Positions 48,852-58,836 of a stretch of DNA of 64,000 nucleotides are shown here, in pieces. Under the pieces are notes generated by a model. That model saw only the letters and a list, made by a program, of their open reading frames with translations. It was not told where the DNA came from and did no database searches. A program made the position numbers and the translations under genes. Numbering within the stretch: position 1 is the stretch's first letter; every line of letters begins with the position of its first letter. The DNA lies in assembly GCF_028368995.1 (NCBI RefSeq), contig NZ_JAQNDL010000001.1:3808001-3872000 (forward strand), written 5' to 3'. Origin of the DNA: Nannocystis bainbridge. GTDB lineage: Bacteria > Myxococcota_A > Polyangia > Nannocystales > Nannocystaceae.

Positions 48852-49997
48852 TCAGCGCTTCGGCGCGTCGGGCTTGCCGTCGAGGTCGGGGCGGCCGTCG
48901 AACAGGTCACGGCCCACGGCGACCGCCCGGTGGATCATCGCGTTGAGCGAGCTCGAGCGGGCCAGGTCGGGGTGGCGGGCGCACACGTGGTCCACCACCT
49001 GCTCCACCTTCACCGCGCCGTCCTGCTTCAGCTCCTGCAGGATCGCCAGCAACATCCGCTCGCTGCGTTCGCGCTCGTCCTGCTCGCGGCGGCGCACCAC
49101 GATCGCACGGGCCAGCAGCAGCCCGAGGATCACGACGATGAGCGCGAGGATCCACGCGATCGTCTCGCCGACCTTCGCGCCCTTGCTGAGCGTGCCGTCG
49201 ATGCGGCCCCAGAAGCGCTCGCGGAATTTTTCGTATTGCGGGTCGGTCTCGACGCGGTCGAGGGCATCGACCGCGCCGAGCAGCGCCTCGCGGCTGACCT
49301 CGCGCGACACCTTGCCGGCCGCCGGCGCGAGCTCGGTGTTCAGCGCGTCGCGCAGCGCCGGCGCCAGGTCCTTCTCGATCGTGTGGCGCAGCGCCGGCCC
49401 GACGTTGTCCTCGACCACCCGCTGGATCGCCGGCCCGACGTTGCGCTCGAGCACCGTCTGCGTCGCCGGCCCCAGCTCGTCGCGCAGGCCCTCGCTCAGG
49501 GTCGTCAGCGTCCTGCGCGTCAGCGCCTCGGCCAGGTTCGCCGCGCCGCGCCGCGTCGCCGGTGACAGCGCCGCCTGGATCGCCTGCTCGACCGCGCGGC
49601 GGCTGGTCTCGACCACCGCGGGGCTCACGTCCTCGCGCAGCCCCTGGCCGACCGCCTTTGACAGGGCGCCGACGAAGTCCTCGCTGAACTGGCGGACCTT
49701 GGCCAGGCGCTGCGGTTCGGTCAGCCCGTCGAACGCCCCGGCCGCCACCTGCTCGGCCAGGTCGCGCGCCGCTTGCTGGACCTCGGGCAGGTCGAGCAGC
49801 CCCTCGATGCGCCGCTGCACCTTCGGGTCCTCGAGCGTCGTCAGCGTCTCGTCGATGCCGGCCGGCACCGCGCGGCGGATCATCCGCTCGGTGGCTGTCC
49901 CGCAGGACATGTCCCCAAGGACAAGTCCGAGCAGCAGCGCGGAGGCGCGCGGCCCGGCCGACCTGCGGCCACCTGCGCGCGCTCGCGGGACCATCAC
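48852..49997 (-). CDS. Hypothetical helical membrane protein/lipoprotein
   Basis: Long ORF with repeated (V/L)GPA helical units and a C-terminal TM helix; start uncertain. Confidence 0.7.
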   Translation of the reverse strand: MMVPRARAGGRRSAGPRASALLLGLVLGDMSCGTATERMIRRAVPAGIDETLTTLEDPKVQRRIEGLLDLPEVQQAARDLAEQVAAGAFDGLTEPQRLAKVRQFSEDFVGALSKAVGQGLREDVSPAVVETSRRAVEQAIQAALSPATRRGAANLAEALTRRTLTTLSEGLRDELGPATQTVLERNVGPAIQRVVEDNVGPALRHTIEKDLAPALRDALNTELAPAAGKVSREVSREALLGAVDALDRVETDPQYEKFRERFWGRIDGTLSKGAKVGETIAWILALIVVILGLLLARAIVVRRREQDERERSERMLLAILQELKQDGAVKVEQVVDHVCARHPDLARSSSLNAMIHRAVAVGRDLFDGRPDLDGKPDAPKR

Positions 49998-50093
49998 GAA
50001 AGGATAGGAGAGCTGCGCCCTGGCCGCCAGTTCATCGCCGGCTCGCCGCGCCGATGAACCGCCGTCGTCACCGCGGCGGCTGCTTCGGGTTCG

Positions 50094-51008
50094 TCAGCGG
50101 TTCGGCGCCGCGCCGCTGACGACCCGGTCGATCCCGGCCAGGTCGCGGCGGATCTCGACCGCCTCGTAGCCGCGCGCCAGCAGCAGCTCGCGGGTCGCCT
50201 CGGCCTGGCCGAGCCCGATCTCGAGGAACAGCCGGCCTTCGGGCACCAGCACCTCCGGCGCCGCGCACTGGTCGATGAGGCGTCGCACCAGATCGAGGCC
50301 GTCGCTACCGCCGTCGAGGGCGAGGCGGGGCTCGTAGTCGCGGACCTCGGGCTGGAGCTCGGCGATCTCGGGCGAGGCGATGTAGGGGAGGTTGGCGGCG
50401 ATCGCCGCGAAGCCGCCGGCGGGGATCGTCGGTCCGCGCAGGAGATCGCCGCGCACGAACTCGACCTGCAGGCCGAGGCTGCCCGCGTTTTCGCGCGCCA
50501 CCGCGAGCGCGTCGGGCGACACGTCGACCGCCGTGACCGCGACATCGCGGCGCGCGTGCTTGACCGCCAGCGCGATCGCCCCCGAGCCCGTGCCGACGTC
50601 GAGCACGTGCAGCGGGTACGGCGGCGGCGACGGCGGCAGCCGCTCGAGCAACCAGTCGACCAGCAGCTCCGTCTCCGGCCGCGGGATCAACACGCGCCGG
50701 TCGACCGCGAGCTCGAGCCCCAGCCCGTGGAAGCCGCGCTTGCCGGCGATGTACGCCACCGGCTCGCGCGCCAGGCGGCGGCGGATCAGCTCGCGCAGCG
50801 CGCCCCGCTGGGTGTCGTCGACCAGCGCGTCGTAGCGGAGGAAGATCTGCATGCGCGTGCACCCGAGCGCCTGCGCCACCAGGTGCTGCCCGTCGGCGCG
50901 GGCCTCGGCGAAGCCGGCGCGCTCGAACCGCTCGACGGTCCACTGCAGCACCTCCTGGACGGTCCAGAGCTGCTGGCGCGCGGGGCGGGGCGGGGACGCG
51001 GACGACAT
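50094..51008 (-). CDS. prmC: Release factor glutamine methyltransferase
   Basis: EPVAYI.G, VLIPRPETE, LDVGTGSGAIAL, NLPYI, EPRLALDGG.DGLD. Confidence 0.95.
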   Translation of the reverse strand: MSSASPPRPARQQLWTVQEVLQWTVERFERAGFAEARADGQHLVAQALGCTRMQIFLRYDALVDDTQRGALRELIRRRLAREPVAYIAGKRGFHGLGLELAVDRRVLIPRPETELLVDWLLERLPPSPPPYPLHVLDVGTGSGAIALAVKHARRDVAVTAVDVSPDALAVARENAGSLGLQVEFVRGDLLRGPTIPAGGFAAIAANLPYIASPEIAELQPEVRDYEPRLALDGGSDGLDLVRRLIDQCAAPEVLVPEGRLFLEIGLGQAEATRELLLARGYEAVEIRRDLAGIDRVVSGAAPNR

Positions 51009-51045
51009 CGGCGAGGGCGCGGAGTGTAGCCCGGACCGCGCGGTC

Positions 51046-51528
51046 TCAGGGCGCGGCGGTGTGGCCGCCAGCGGGGATCTCGAGCTGTCGGCGGAGCTCG
51101 GCGATGGGGATCTTCAGCACCGCCTCGACGTCGCGGCCGTCGACGTAGAGGCTGCGCTGGCCCTTCGCAGCGCGAAACGCCCGCAGCGTCCGCAGCGGCG
51201 CGACGAACAGCCCGCCGACCACCGCGGTGAGGTTGATCATCCACAAGAAGGGCGTGTTGCAGCCGGCGCGCAGCTCCCAGGCCCCGATCTCCGACTCGCC
51301 GGCGAGGTCCGTCCCGTAGCCCGTCAGCACGTGGTGGAGGTCGTGCAGCGCCACCACACGCCGGCGCGCCGGCGGGTTCGGCACCTGCACGGCGCGGCCG
51401 AAGATGTAGAACGCGAACTTCGGCGCCGAGTACTCGGCCATCGAGAACCCGTTCTGCGCCAGGTAGCGGTCGCGGCCCTCGCCGAGCGGCAGGTCGGAGG
51501 GCACGTGGGTCACGCGCTGCAGCGGCAT
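51046..51528 (-). CDS. Coq4-like hypothetical protein
   Basis: LHDLHHVLTGYGTDLAGESE (HDxxH-x11-E). Confidence 0.7.
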   Translation of the reverse strand: MPLQRVTHVPSDLPLGEGRDRYLAQNGFSMAEYSAPKFAFYIFGRAVQVPNPPARRRVVALHDLHHVLTGYGTDLAGESEIGAWELRAGCNTPFLWMINLTAVVGGLFVAPLRTLRAFRAAKGQRSLYVDGRDVEAVLKIPIAELRRQLEIPAGGHTAAP

Positions 51529-51631
51529 GGTCTCCTCGGGTCGCGCGGCCCGCGGCGGCTCGCCAGTCGTCGCCGCGAGCGCGCGAGCGCGCCAATCACA
51601 TGTCTCTCGGGACAGCCACGGGCGAAACGGC

Positions 51632-52153
51632 TCAGGACGACGCCTTGATCGGCTCCTCGAGCGGCGCCTCGATCTGCGCGACCATGCGCCGCAGCAGCCC
51701 CTCGACCATCAGCGCGCGCTCGCCCGAGTCGTAGACCCCGTCGTGGTAGCGGGCCTGGATGTCCTCGTACTTCTCGCGGGTGTCGTTGATCAGCTGCTTG
51801 TAGGGCTTGCGGCGGGCCAGGACCTCTTTTTGGTTCTGCCAGAAGAACGAGACCATGGCCGCCACCGTGAAACCGGTCAGCGCGACGCCGATCGGGCCGC
51901 TGACGATGTACGCCAGGCCGTAGCGGAGGGCGACGACGCCGCCGACCCCGACGGCGAGCTCGCGGATCCCGCTCTTGCGCATCTTGCCCCAGGCCATCGG
52001 CAGCAGCTCGCCGGAGGCCAGCACCAGGGCCACGAATTCCGGCCGCTTGGCCCCGCGCTCGTAGGTGTCCTTGATCACCTGCTGCATGAAGGCGTCGAAG
52101 GACTCGTACACCTCGCTCGGGTAGGCCGTGTGACTGCTGCTGCTGGCTGCCAT
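51632..52153 (-). CDS. Hypothetical membrane protein
   Basis: Host-like codon use; central hydrophobic segment. Confidence 0.7.
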   Translation of the reverse strand: MAASSSSHTAYPSEVYESFDAFMQQVIKDTYERGAKRPEFVALVLASGELLPMAWGKMRKSGIRELAVGVGGVVALRYGLAYIVSGPIGVALTGFTVAAMVSFFWQNQKEVLARRKPYKQLINDTREKYEDIQARYHDGVYDSGERALMVEGLLRRMVAQIEAPLEEPIKASS

Positions 52154-52224
52154 GCGCGCCAGCATAGCAGAGCCCCCGGATTCCTTTGACAGGGCCGCGC
52201 GTGGCTCGCACAATTCCGGCCCGC

Positions 52225-55101
52225 ATGCCGCGCTCATGGTCGTCCCGTCCGCGCGCCGCGTGGCCCGTGCGCTTGCTCGCGGTCCTCGCCGCCGCCTCCG
52301 CCGCGTGTCGCACGGCGCCGCCGTCCGCAGCCCCGCCGGCGAGCTCTGACCTGTCCGAACGCACAGCTCCGCCGCCGCTCGAGCTGGGCGGGCCCCAGGA
52401 CCTCGAAGAGGGCGAGGAGCCGGTCGCCAAGCAGCCGCCGAAGCGACCCGAGCCGGTCGTCGTCAGCGATCTGCCGGGCGCCTTCGCGGCGCTCGAGCAG
52501 GGCAATCCCGAGGGCGCCGCGGCGTTCCTCGCCGGCGCCCTGCGCCAAAAGCCAGGTGACGAGAAGGTCCGCCTCGCGCTCGCCCACGCCCACCTGGCCA
52601 CCGGCGCCAACGACCTCGCCGCCGCCGCGCTCGACCCCAAGCTCGGTCAACCGAGCGCCGCGCGGCTGCGCCTGCTCGCGCGCCTGCTCGCGGCCCGCGG
52701 CGATCGGGCCGGCGCGATCGCCTTGCTGCAGAAGGCCACCGCCGAGCCCGCCGAGCTGCCCGCGCGCGGTGAGCTGCTCAGCCTGCTGGTCGCGGCCGGG
52801 CAGGACAAAGATCCCAGGGCCGTCGCCCTGCGCGAGCAGCTCTATGACGCCTACGACGCCGGCAAGGCCAAGACCGTCGAGGAGCTCACGGCGGTGGCCC
52901 GGGCGGCGCTGGCCCGCGGCTCGACGGGCGCGTTCCACGACGCCAACATGGTGCTCGGCGAGGCGGAGAAGCTGCCCCTCGAGACAGGTGCGCCCGAGCC
53001 CGGCTACGTGCTGCGCGACCGGGCGCTGCTGCTGCGCGGGGCGATGTTCCGCGAGAAGTACGCGGCGACCGAGGCGATCGAGACCTACGAGCAGATCTTG
53101 CGGCGCGACGCGTGGCACGCGGAGGCGCTCGCGGGCGTGGCCGTGGCCCACCTCGAGGAGCTGCGCCTGGCCGCCGCGAGCGACGCGGCCCAGCGGGCGC
53201 TGCAGGTCAACCCGCGCCAGACCGAGGCGCTCGGGGTGCTGGCCAAGGTGGCGCTGGTCGAGGGTCGCCGCGACGAGGCGACCGCGCGCGCGCAGGGCGA
53301 CATGCTGGCGGCCAGCCCCGGTCACCCCGACGCGCTGGCGGTGCTCGCCGGCGCGGCGCTGGCCCGCGACGACCAGGCCGCCTACGCCCGCCTGCGCGAC
53401 CAGGCCGCGGCTGGCAACCCGCTGCCGTTTTACCTCGCGCTGGCCGACCTGCTCGTCTCGATGCACATGTACGAACAGACAGGTACGGTCCTCGACGAGG
53501 CGGCGGGGCGCGCCCCCGACAACGCCTACGTGCAGTCGGCCAAGGGCCTCAACCTGCTGCGCCTCGGCAAGGAGACCGAGGGCCGGGCCGCGCTCAAGGC
53601 CGCGTGGAAGCGCGACCGCTTCAACGAGCGCACCCGCAACACCCTCGACCTCTACGACCAGCGCATCGACCCGCTCTACACCGACGTCAGCGACGGCGAC
53701 CTCAGCCTGCGCCTCCTCAAGGAGGACCAGGAGTATGTCTCCGGGGACATGTTGGCGATCATCGCCCGCGCCCGCCAGAGCCTCGACAAGCGCTACGCCC
53801 TGCGCCCGACCCCGCTGCGCATCGAAGTGTTCGCCGACCCCAGCGACTTCTCGGTCCGCACGATCGGCGTGCCCAGCCTCGGCGCCGTCGGCGTCTGCTT
53901 CGGCCGCCTCATCACCGCCGTCGGCCCGTATGCCGGCACCCACAACTTCCATCAGGTCGTGTGGCACGAGCTCGCCCACGTCTACGCCGTCCAGCTCAGC
54001 AAGGGCCGCGTGCCACGGTGGTTCACCGAGGGCCTGTCCGAGTGGGAGTCCGAGCTCGCCGACCCGTCGTGGGCCCGCGAGAGCGCCGAGCTGCTGGCCG
54101 CCGCGCGCCGCAAGGGCACCCTGCGCCGCCTGTCCGAGCTCGAGCTGGCGTTCCTGCGGGCCGGCAGCGCCCAGGCCATGGAGGTCGCCTACACCACCGC
54201 CGCCTACGCCATCCGCTACCTCGGCCAGACCTACGGCCTGCCGCGCCTGATCGCCATGCTCAAGGGCTACGGCGAGGGCGGCACCACCGAGGCGCTGATG
54301 GAGCGCCACCTCGGCAAGCCGCTCGCGGTGGTCGAGAAGGATTTCGAGACCTGGCTGTTCGGCCAGCTCGACGCCAAGGTCAAGGGCTGGGAGCCGGCCA
54401 AGAGCCGCGGCGACAAGCCCGACGAGCGCGACAAGCTGCTGTCGACCGCGCTCGGCCACGCGCAAAAGAAAGACATGACCTCGGCCGCGCGGGCGCTGCA
54501 GCAGCTGATCCAGGGCCGCGGCGACGGCTACATCCCGCGCATGACCCTGGCCGAGGTGCTGATGCAGGGCCCGAGCTGGAAGCAGGCCGCCGATCACTAT
54601 GAAAAGGCCCGCGGCTTCCGCCCCGAGGCGGTCGAGCCGATCATCCGCCTGGGCGAGCTGGCCCGCCGCGACGGCGACGTGGCCCGCGAAAAGGCGCTGC
54701 TGCGCGAGGGCCTGGCGATCGACGGCATGAGCTACGACCCGGCCGCGCGCCTGGTGATGCTGGCGGCCGTCACCGCCGACGCCCCGAACCGCGACTACGC
54801 GCTCGACCGCGCCGCCGCGATCGCCCCGCTCCACCCGCTCACGCTCGGCGGCCAGGCTCTGCGCGCCGCCGCGGCCGGCGACAAGCCGCGCGCCCGCAGC
54901 CTCAGCGACCGCGCGCTCAAGCACATGAACGACGGCCCGCTCGCCAAGGGCCCCGTCGACACCCTGGTGGTCCTGGCCCTCGCCGCCGAGGCCGCCGGCG
55001 ACGACACCCGCGCGAAGATCCTCGCCGCCCGCGCCGGCGCCGAGCCGAAGCTGCCCGCGCCGGCGAAGCAGGCGATGGAGCGGGTCCGCACCGCGAAGTA
55101 G
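52225..55101 (+). CDS. TPR lipoprotein with peptidase MA-like (gluzincin) domain
   Basis: AAAC lipobox; TPR-like helices; WHELAH ... VPRWFTEG. Confidence 0.85.
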   Translation: MPRSWSSRPRAAWPVRLLAVLAAASAACRTAPPSAAPPASSDLSERTAPPPLELGGPQDLEEGEEPVAKQPPKRPEPVVVSDLPGAFAALEQGNPEGAAAFLAGALRQKPGDEKVRLALAHAHLATGANDLAAAALDPKLGQPSAARLRLLARLLAARGDRAGAIALLQKATAEPAELPARGELLSLLVAAGQDKDPRAVALREQLYDAYDAGKAKTVEELTAVARAALARGSTGAFHDANMVLGEAEKLPLETGAPEPGYVLRDRALLLRGAMFREKYAATEAIETYEQILRRDAWHAEALAGVAVAHLEELRLAAASDAAQRALQVNPRQTEALGVLAKVALVEGRRDEATARAQGDMLAASPGHPDALAVLAGAALARDDQAAYARLRDQAAAGNPLPFYLALADLLVSMHMYEQTGTVLDEAAGRAPDNAYVQSAKGLNLLRLGKETEGRAALKAAWKRDRFNERTRNTLDLYDQRIDPLYTDVSDGDLSLRLLKEDQEYVSGDMLAIIARARQSLDKRYALRPTPLRIEVFADPSDFSVRTIGVPSLGAVGVCFGRLITAVGPYAGTHNFHQVVWHELAHVYAVQLSKGRVPRWFTEGLSEWESELADPSWARESAELLAAARRKGTLRRLSELELAFLRAGSAQAMEVAYTTAAYAIRYLGQTYGLPRLIAMLKGYGEGGTTEALMERHLGKPLAVVEKDFETWLFGQLDAKVKGWEPAKSRGDKPDERDKLLSTALGHAQKKDMTSAARALQQLIQGRGDGYIPRMTLAEVLMQGPSWKQAADHYEKARGFRPEAVEPIIRLGELARRDGDVAREKALLREGLAIDGMSYDPAARLVMLAAVTADAPNRDYALDRAAAIAPLHPLTLGGQALRAAAAGDKPRARSLSDRALKHMNDGPLAKGPVDTLVVLALAAEAAGDDTRAKILAARAGAEPKLPAPAKQAMERVRTAK

Positions 55102-55105
55102 CGGC

Positions 55106-55195
55106 TGTCTTAAAAGACATGCCCGCGAGGGCATGTCCCCTCGGCCATGCTTTTTCAGACAGGTCCGTTCGGGCATTTCTGATCGGACATGTTCC
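55106..55195. repeat. 14-bp-phased array (6-7 units)
   Basis: CA(T/G) at 55118, 55132, 55146, 55160, 55174, 55188. Confidence 0.85.
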
Positions 55196-55582
55196 TTTCG
55201 CCAGACGTGCGCTCGAGCGCAGACGAACGCCTTCGGGCCGGTCGCGCCGGCGGCCGCGTCACGGCGACGGCCCTGCGCGTCCGCGACGCGGCCCTCGCCC
55301 ATGAACGGCCTGTCATGGTCCCCCCGCCTCGCCCCTGCGCGTCTGCGCCGCGGCCTTCGTCACGCGTCGCGCTCCGCCTCTCGCCACTTCCGCGGCGCGA
55401 CTGTCCGCGGACAGCCCCCGCCGGCCCGCGGCGCCCGTCCCGCTGCGCGTGCGCGGCTGGTCAGGCGTCCGCGCGCGTGAGGTCGCGTGCATCGGCCAGC
55501 CCGCGGCGCGCAGCGACCTCTCGTCGCGCGCCGGCCCGTCAGGGTTGCGCTGCCGGGCCGGCCTGGTAGCGTGGGCCCCGCC

Positions 55583-56527
55583 ATGGCCGCGCTGTTCCCG
55601 TTCACGACCGACGAGGCGAAAGCAGTTCTCCAGGCCCTGAAGACCGTGGCGATGGCCGACGGCACCTTTGCGGTCAAGGAGCGGTCGCTGCTGGCGGCCT
55701 CGGCCGAGCTGCTCGGCGTCGACGCCGATCCCGACGCCGTCACCACGCTCTCGCCCGACGAGCTCGCCGCCGCGCTGAACGATCCGGAGCGGCGCCTCAT
55801 GGCCCTCAAGGCCTGCCTCGTGATGGGCATCGTCGACGGCCAGGTCTCGCCGGAGGAGTGGCGCGTGCTGTCGGCCTTCCGCTCGGCCCTCGGGGTCGAG
55901 GAGGGCGCCATGCAGGTGTTCCACGACCTCGTGCAGCAGCACCGGCAGCGGACTCAGTACGAGCTGCAGCGCCGCCTCGGCTCGCCGCAGGTCGGCACCC
56001 TGTACGCCGCCCAGGGCTGGCAGGGCGTCCTCAGCTTCTTCACCGAGGACCTGCTCGCCCTGCCGAAGATCCGCGAGAACAGCGAGCTCGCGTGGCGCTA
56101 TCGCCGGGTCGGTCTGCTGCCCGAGGGCACGCTCGGGCGCGAGCTGTGGCGGTACTACCGCGAGCGACAGTTCGCGTTCGCCGGCGAGCTGGGTGGCGTG
56201 CCCGAGGCGCTCGTGCACCACGACATCACCCACATCCTGGCCGGCTACGAGGCCGACCTCCAGGGCGAGCTCGAGACCCTGGCCTTCATCGCCGGCCTGC
56301 GCCGCGAGGACCCGTCGAGCGCGCTGTTCCTGGTCCTGCTTCAGCACGCCGTCGGCGCGCGCGTCGGCGACCCCGTCGGCCTCACTTTCGAGCCGGCGCG
56401 GATCCTCGCCGCGCGCGATCGCGGGCGCGCGACCACCGAGGACTTCACGCGCCGCCACGACTTCTGGGACGTGATGGACCGACCGCTCGCCGAGCTCTTG
56501 CAGCGCTTCGGAGTCCCGCCGCGGTGA
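55583..56527 (+). CDS. TerB-like / Coq4-like fusion protein
   Basis: VAMADG....E and GIVDG..SPEE (TerB); LPEGTLGREL, HDITHILAGY....GE (Coq4). Confidence 0.75.
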   Translation: MAALFPFTTDEAKAVLQALKTVAMADGTFAVKERSLLAASAELLGVDADPDAVTTLSPDELAAALNDPERRLMALKACLVMGIVDGQVSPEEWRVLSAFRSALGVEEGAMQVFHDLVQQHRQRTQYELQRRLGSPQVGTLYAAQGWQGVLSFFTEDLLALPKIRENSELAWRYRRVGLLPEGTLGRELWRYYRERQFAFAGELGGVPEALVHHDITHILAGYEADLQGELETLAFIAGLRREDPSSALFLVLLQHAVGARVGDPVGLTFEPARILAARDRGRATTEDFTRRHDFWDVMDRPLAELLQRFGVPPR

Positions 56528-56742
56528 GCGGCGCGCCGCAGGTGTTCGACCTGTCCGAGGTCGACGCCGACGCGCCCGAGGTCGTGCTCGCGTGGGTCGA
56601 GCGCCTGCGCGCCGCCGCGGCCCACGGCCCGGTGATCGTCCGCGAGTGCCCGCAGATGCTCGCCCACACGCTTTATAAATGTGCCCTGCTCGGCGACGCG
56701 ATCGTGCTCGAGTCGGTGCGCGCCGAAGAAGCCTACGGCTGA
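56524..56742 (+). CDS. Small hypothetical protein (possibly STAS-like)
   Basis: GTGA overlap with upstream stop; FDLSEVD, CPQMLAHTLYK. Confidence 0.6.
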   Translation: MSGAPQVFDLSEVDADAPEVVLAWVERLRAAAAHGPVIVRECPQMLAHTLYKCALLGDAIVLESVRAEEAYG

Positions 56743-56919
56743 GCGACTCTAGCGTCGCGACGCGGACGGCTACGGTTCAGCGACGGCCGCGCCGGCGGCA
56801 GGCCTCGGCGCGCCGGCTCGCACGACCCCGTCGATCGGCCGCGAGTTTCAGCCCTCGCGCTCGCCCGCCCGCTTCGCGCCCGCGAGCGCGGCCGACTCGC
56901 CATGCTACGCTGCCCTTCG

Positions 56920-57687
56920 ATGTCCTCCGCAGCGCGCGCCTTCGCCAGAGCCCACGACCACGTCCAGGTCACGCGGCGGGCCCGCGGCGCCCTGTTCGCC
57001 AGCGCCGCGATCACCCTCCTGCTCTACCTGGTCCCGTTCGGCGGCCTGCTCATCTATCCGCTGCTGCTGCTGTCGACCCTGGCCCACGAGCTCGGCCACG
57101 GCCTGGCCGCGCTCGCCACCGGCGGCACGTTCCATGCCTTCTACTTGTGGCCGGACGGTTCGGGCATGGCTGTTCATTCCGGTCCCGAAGGACATGTCCT
57201 TCAGGCCATCGTCGCCGCCGGCGGGCTGATCGGTCCGGCGATCGTCGCGGGCCTGTGCTTCGCCCTCGCGCGCCGGCCCGCCGTCGCCCGCGTGGTGCTC
57301 GGCCTGCTCGGGCTCGGCTTCCTGGCCGCCGTCGCGCTCGTCGTCGAGAACCCGTTCGGCTTCTGGTACATCAGCGGCGTCGGCCTGCTGCTGCTGGCCC
57401 TCGCCGCCCGCGCCAGCGCCACCACGGCCCAGACCGCGCTGGTCTTCGTCGCGGTGCAGCTGGCCCTCAGCGTGTTCTCCCGCGCCGATTACCTGTTCAC
57501 CGCCAGCGCCCAGACCTCGGCGGGCGTGATGCCGTCCGACTCGGCCCACATCGCCGCCGCGCTCGGCGGCTCCTACCTGCTGTGGGGCGCCGTCTGCGGG
57601 CTGTTCTCGGTCCTGGTCCTGGTCCTCGGCCTGTGGCTGTTCACCCGCGGCGAGAGCCGCGTCAGCCTGGCCAACCTCCGCCGGTGA
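56920..57687 (+). CDS. Peptidase M50-like membrane metalloprotease
   Basis: TLAHELGH, AAGG.IGP, SD motif; multi-TM. Confidence 0.85.
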   Translation: MSSAARAFARAHDHVQVTRRARGALFASAAITLLLYLVPFGGLLIYPLLLLSTLAHELGHGLAALATGGTFHAFYLWPDGSGMAVHSGPEGHVLQAIVAAGGLIGPAIVAGLCFALARRPAVARVVLGLLGLGFLAAVALVVENPFGFWYISGVGLLLLALAARASATTAQTALVFVAVQLALSVFSRADYLFTASAQTSAGVMPSDSAHIAAALGGSYLLWGAVCGLFSVLVLVLGLWLFTRGESRVSLANLRR

Positions 57688-57690
57688 TCC

Positions 57691-58836
57691 GTGACCCCCG
57701 AGCTGCGCGCGCTGGCCTCCCGCGCCCTGGCGATCGAGCATGTCCCTGAGGACATGCTCTTATGGACATGTCTTAAAATTCATGTGATGTGCGCGGCGGT
57801 CTGGCGCGTCGACTCCCCCGCGGGCGCGATCGTCCTCAAGCAGCACCGCCACCCGCGCCCGTTCGCGCAGGAGCTGCAGGCCTATCGCGACTGGCTGCCG
57901 GGCCTGCTCGACGCGCGGGACGCTCCTCACCTCCGCGGTCCGTCGGACTCGCAGCAGCCTCACCACCGCGGTCCGTCGGACTCGCAGCAGCCTCACCTCC
58001 GCGGTCCGTCGGACTCGCAGCAGCCTCACCTCCGCGGTCCGTCGGACTCGCAGCACCCTCACCTCCGCGGTCCGTCGGGCCCGCAGGAGCCTCACCTCCG
58101 CAGTTCATCGGACTCGCACAGTCCCCTCCTCGGCCTGCCGGAGCCGCTTCCTCCCGCGCCCGCGCGTGAACCTGGCGTGCATGACCTGCTCGCCGTTCGT
58201 GTCCCCGCGCTGCTCGCCAGCGATCGCCGCAGCCTGGGCCTCGCGCTGTCCGCCGCGCCCGGCGAGCGCCTGTATCTCGGGACACATGATTCTCCCTCGA
58301 CCCTCGCCGCCCACGCGGCCGCGGGCCGGTTCCTCCGCGCCCTTCACCAGCTCCCCGCCGTCGACGACGATCCCATCCCGCTCGTCGCCGCCGTCGCCGC
58401 GCGCCTCGACGCCTGGCACGCCCGCGCCCGCGACATCCTGAGCCCGGCCGAGCGCGACGCGCTGCAGCGGCTCGCCGCCCGCCGAGACGCCTTTGCCGGC
58501 GTGCGCCGCGTGCCCTGTCATCGCGACTTCACCCCCGACAACTGGTTGCTCGCCGGCGATGCCCTGCACGTCCTCGACTTCGAGCACGCCCGCCTCGACG
58601 CCGCCGAGGCCGACCTCGTCAAGCTCTGCGCCGACACCTGGGCCGAGAACCCTGCGCTCGCCGAGGCCTTCCTCGCCGGTCACGGATCGCTGGACACCGA
58701 CGCCGCCGCCCGCCTCGACGTCCTGCTCGCCCTGCACGCGGTGGCCACCCTGGCCTGGGCCGAACGCCACGCCGACCCGGACTTCCACGCGCTCGGCCGC
58801 CGCGCCCTGGCCGTCGCGCTCGACCGTGTCACTTGA
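57691..58836 (+). CDS. Aminoglycoside phosphotransferase/choline kinase family protein
   Basis: IVLK, CHRDFTPDNWL, LDFEHA. Confidence 0.85.
   Translation: MTPELRALASRALAIEHVPEDMLLWTCLKIHVMCAAVWRVDSPAGAIVLKQHRHPRPFAQELQAYRDWLPGLLDARDAPHLRGPSDSQQPHHRGPSDSQQPHLRGPSDSQQPHLRGPSDSQHPHLRGPSGPQEPHLRSSSDSHSPLLGLPEPLPPAPAREPGVHDLLAVRVPALLASDRRSLGLALSAAPGERLYLGTHDSPSTLAAHAAAGRFLRALHQLPAVDDDPIPLVAAVAARLDAWHARARDILSPAERDALQRLAARRDAFAGVRRVPCHRDFTPDNWLLAGDALHVLDFEHARLDAAEADLVKLCADTWAENPALAEAFLAGHGSLDTDAAARLDVLLALHAVATLAWAERHADPDFHALGRRALAVALDRVT
57925..58122 (+). repeat. Six in-frame 33-bp tandem repeats (PHLRGPSDSQQ)
   Basis: CCTCAC at 57925, 57958, 57991, 58024, 58057, 58090. Confidence 0.95.

Noticed and set aside
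52234-55302. 1022-aa antisense ORF (and similar long antisense or alternate-frame ORFs throughout)
   Set aside because: Mirror frames of real genes caused by high GC3 and stop-codon scarcity
57925-58122. CRISPR-like 33-bp repeats
   Set aside because: Contiguous with no spacers; in frame within a CDS
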